A DNA stretch of 64,000 nt from Thalia democratica. Taxonomy: Eukaryota. The translations under genes were made by a program, and so were the position numbers. This document shows, piece by piece, positions 63,563 through 64,000 of this stretch. The stretch covers positions 54,622,001 to 54,686,000 of the forward strand of contig OZ241828.1 in NCBI GenBank assembly GCA_965202585.1. The letters are read 5' to 3'. The notes beneath the pieces are model-generated. The model worked only from the letters and a program-made list of their open reading frames with translations. It was not told where the DNA came from and searched no databases. Position 1 is the stretch's first letter. Each line of letters starts with the position of its first letter.

Positions 63563-64000
63563 CTAAAGGTTTTCTTAAAATTTAGTTTTTAGATAATTAA
63601 CAAATTAAATAAAAAAGAGAACGTCATTAAAAGTTTTTTTTTTTTTAAATTAAAGAGTACGTTAGAATTTTAATTCTAAAAAATTAACTAAATTACAATG
63701 ATTGCTTGATTTAAAAGCTGTTTATCTCGATACAGTCTAGTTGAACTGTTTTAAAAATTAAAATATAACACTGTACGCTAAGGTATTTTTCAATAATGAA
63801 TTAATTTCAAATAAATAATTCTTTTCAAGTACCTGTAAAAGTAAGAATTATAATTGCAATAAAAGCTAATAAAAAGTAAACATATGTTTTAAATCAGTCT
63901 AGGATATAATATTACAAAAAAAACTAAACTTGGCTGTAAGTTTAATAAAATTAAAAGGCTTTAAATCTTGCAAATTAAGTGAGTATTTAAATTTCTTTTA

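Noticed and set aside
63563-64000. Start exon for the GTPase
   Set aside because: Candidate ATGs (about 63627 and 63883 on the minus strand) hit stops or give the wrong phase; the exon is probably outside the window.

Overview
AT-rich eukaryotic genomic DNA (roughly a quarter GC by eye), most consistent with an invertebrate animal: it has spliceosomal introns, animal-type gene families and dense TIR MITEs. No rRNA, tRNA or CRISPR features were found. The genes form a cluster of small, lineage-specific, defence-flavoured loci. These are a GC-rich intronless MacroD-type macrodomain gene with a remodelled catalytic loop (3144-3728), two convergent paralogues of an orphan ~250-aa protein with an apparent internal two-domain repeat (7867-8625 +, 20940-21704 -), and two tandem spliced stefin-like cystatins carrying signal-peptide exons (12528-16499). 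A ~11-13 kb direct segmental duplication follows; each copy holds an orphan signal-peptide + HDEF gene (both disrupted) and a single-domain PARP-type ADP-ribosyltransferase (one intact, one pseudogene). An atlastin/GBP-family GTPase with a long coiled coil and amphipathic tail closes the window (61737-63562 -, 5' exon not found). Intergenic DNA holds hAT, Mutator-like, Kolobok-like and Tc1/pogo-like MITEs (several with verified TSDs and empty sites in the paralogous copy), about nine copies of a TTAGGG-containing foldback MITE, a 1.3-1.4 kb tandem duplication and a 2.7 kb non-autonomous LTR element. All identities and GC values are manual estimates; no searches were run.
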